The position numbers and the translations under genes were made by a program. A DNA stretch of 64,000 bases from the IMG/VR virus record IMGVR_UViG_3300021400_000012, positions 32,001-96,000 of that record; one strand, given 5' to 3'. This document shows positions 63,642 to 64,000 of this stretch, piece by piece (position 1 is the first letter of the stretch; each line of letters begins with the position of its first letter). Source of the DNA: a virus. Taxonomy: Duplodnaviria; Caudoviricetes. The notes under the pieces are model-generated. The model was given only the letters and a program-made list of their open reading frames with translations. It was not told the origin of the DNA and did not search any database.

Positions 63642-63907
63642 GGCCGGTAGACAAGCATTAAAAGTCGAAAAGACAATGTTAATCTCGGGAAAGGAAAGCA
63701 GTGGAGAGACACCACAGCGGGCGGCGGTACGCAGAGAGCGATGGTAAAAAATACCATAGAGCGCGGCGAACATTATATTGAGAACGTAACTTAACAAGGT
63801 GAGAGACCTAGTACTAAACGATAATGTAAAAATCCGCATAAGCTACCCCAGTTACAATCGTTGAATCCGGAAGAGATGGCGCGTGATTGAAACTGCACGC
63901 CTGGCCA
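63642..63907 (+). ncRNA. ~266-nt structured RNA with tRNA-like ends
   Basis: GGCCGG/CTGGCC plus A, 3' GCGTG..TTGAAAC..CACGC hairpin, multiple internal hairpins. Confidence 0.5.
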
Positions 63908-63933
63908 TGAATTAATATTGAATGAGGAAAATT

Positions 63934-64000
63934 ATGACTTGGGAAGAGTTCAAAAATCTAAAGTTTACATATGAAACGACCAACTATAAAAAGACGTAGA
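63934..64000 (+). CDS. start of a gene truncated by the window end
   Basis: GAGGA RBS, MTWEEFKNLKF. Confidence 0.45.

Noticed and set aside
58044-63839. Track ORFs over RNA genes (58044, 59599, 61145, 62171, 63405, 63415) and N-terminal extensions at 58217 and 61533
   Set aside because: They overlap tRNAs or structured RNA. The real starts are 58256 and 61668.
63642-63907. Group I intron, RNase P RNA or tmRNA
   Set aside because: P- and Q-like words are present but no R/S (P7) pair. No GAGGAAAGUCC P4 and no G3:U70. Left unassigned.

Overview
This is 64 kb of an AT-rich, large tailed dsDNA phage genome, probably infecting an anaerobic Firmicute (Clostridia-like). That host is inferred from sigmaA-type promoters, a DnaE/RecJ/DnaB replication block and a class III RNR. 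The main result is that the phage reads TAG as Gln (genetic code 15). The supplied ORF track breaks structural genes into fragments that rejoin in one frame across TAG only. TAG falls on invariant Gln positions and aligns with CAA/CAG in an internal duplication. A Gln-type amber suppressor tRNA (anticodon CUA, 58173-58243) is encoded. TAG use is tiered: none in the 16.6-kb replication block (dnaE to gyrB), one to three in nucleotide-metabolism and helicase genes, and many in tail genes and in three nucleases. Layout: tail genes (1-5254, +); RuvC, dUTPase, ThyX-like, nrdH-nrdD-nrdG-FTR and replication genes (5288-28587, -); a large tail-fibre/adhesin cluster with LamG, YadA-like, three BspA-LRR and CBM proteins plus a holin (28890-46512, +); accessory genes; and an RNA island (58173-63907). 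The island holds 15 tRNA genes, a TAG-free GIY-YIG endonuclease next to the suppressor tRNA, and several unexplained structured RNAs, including tRNA mimics. All protein calls come from motif recognition, not database searches.
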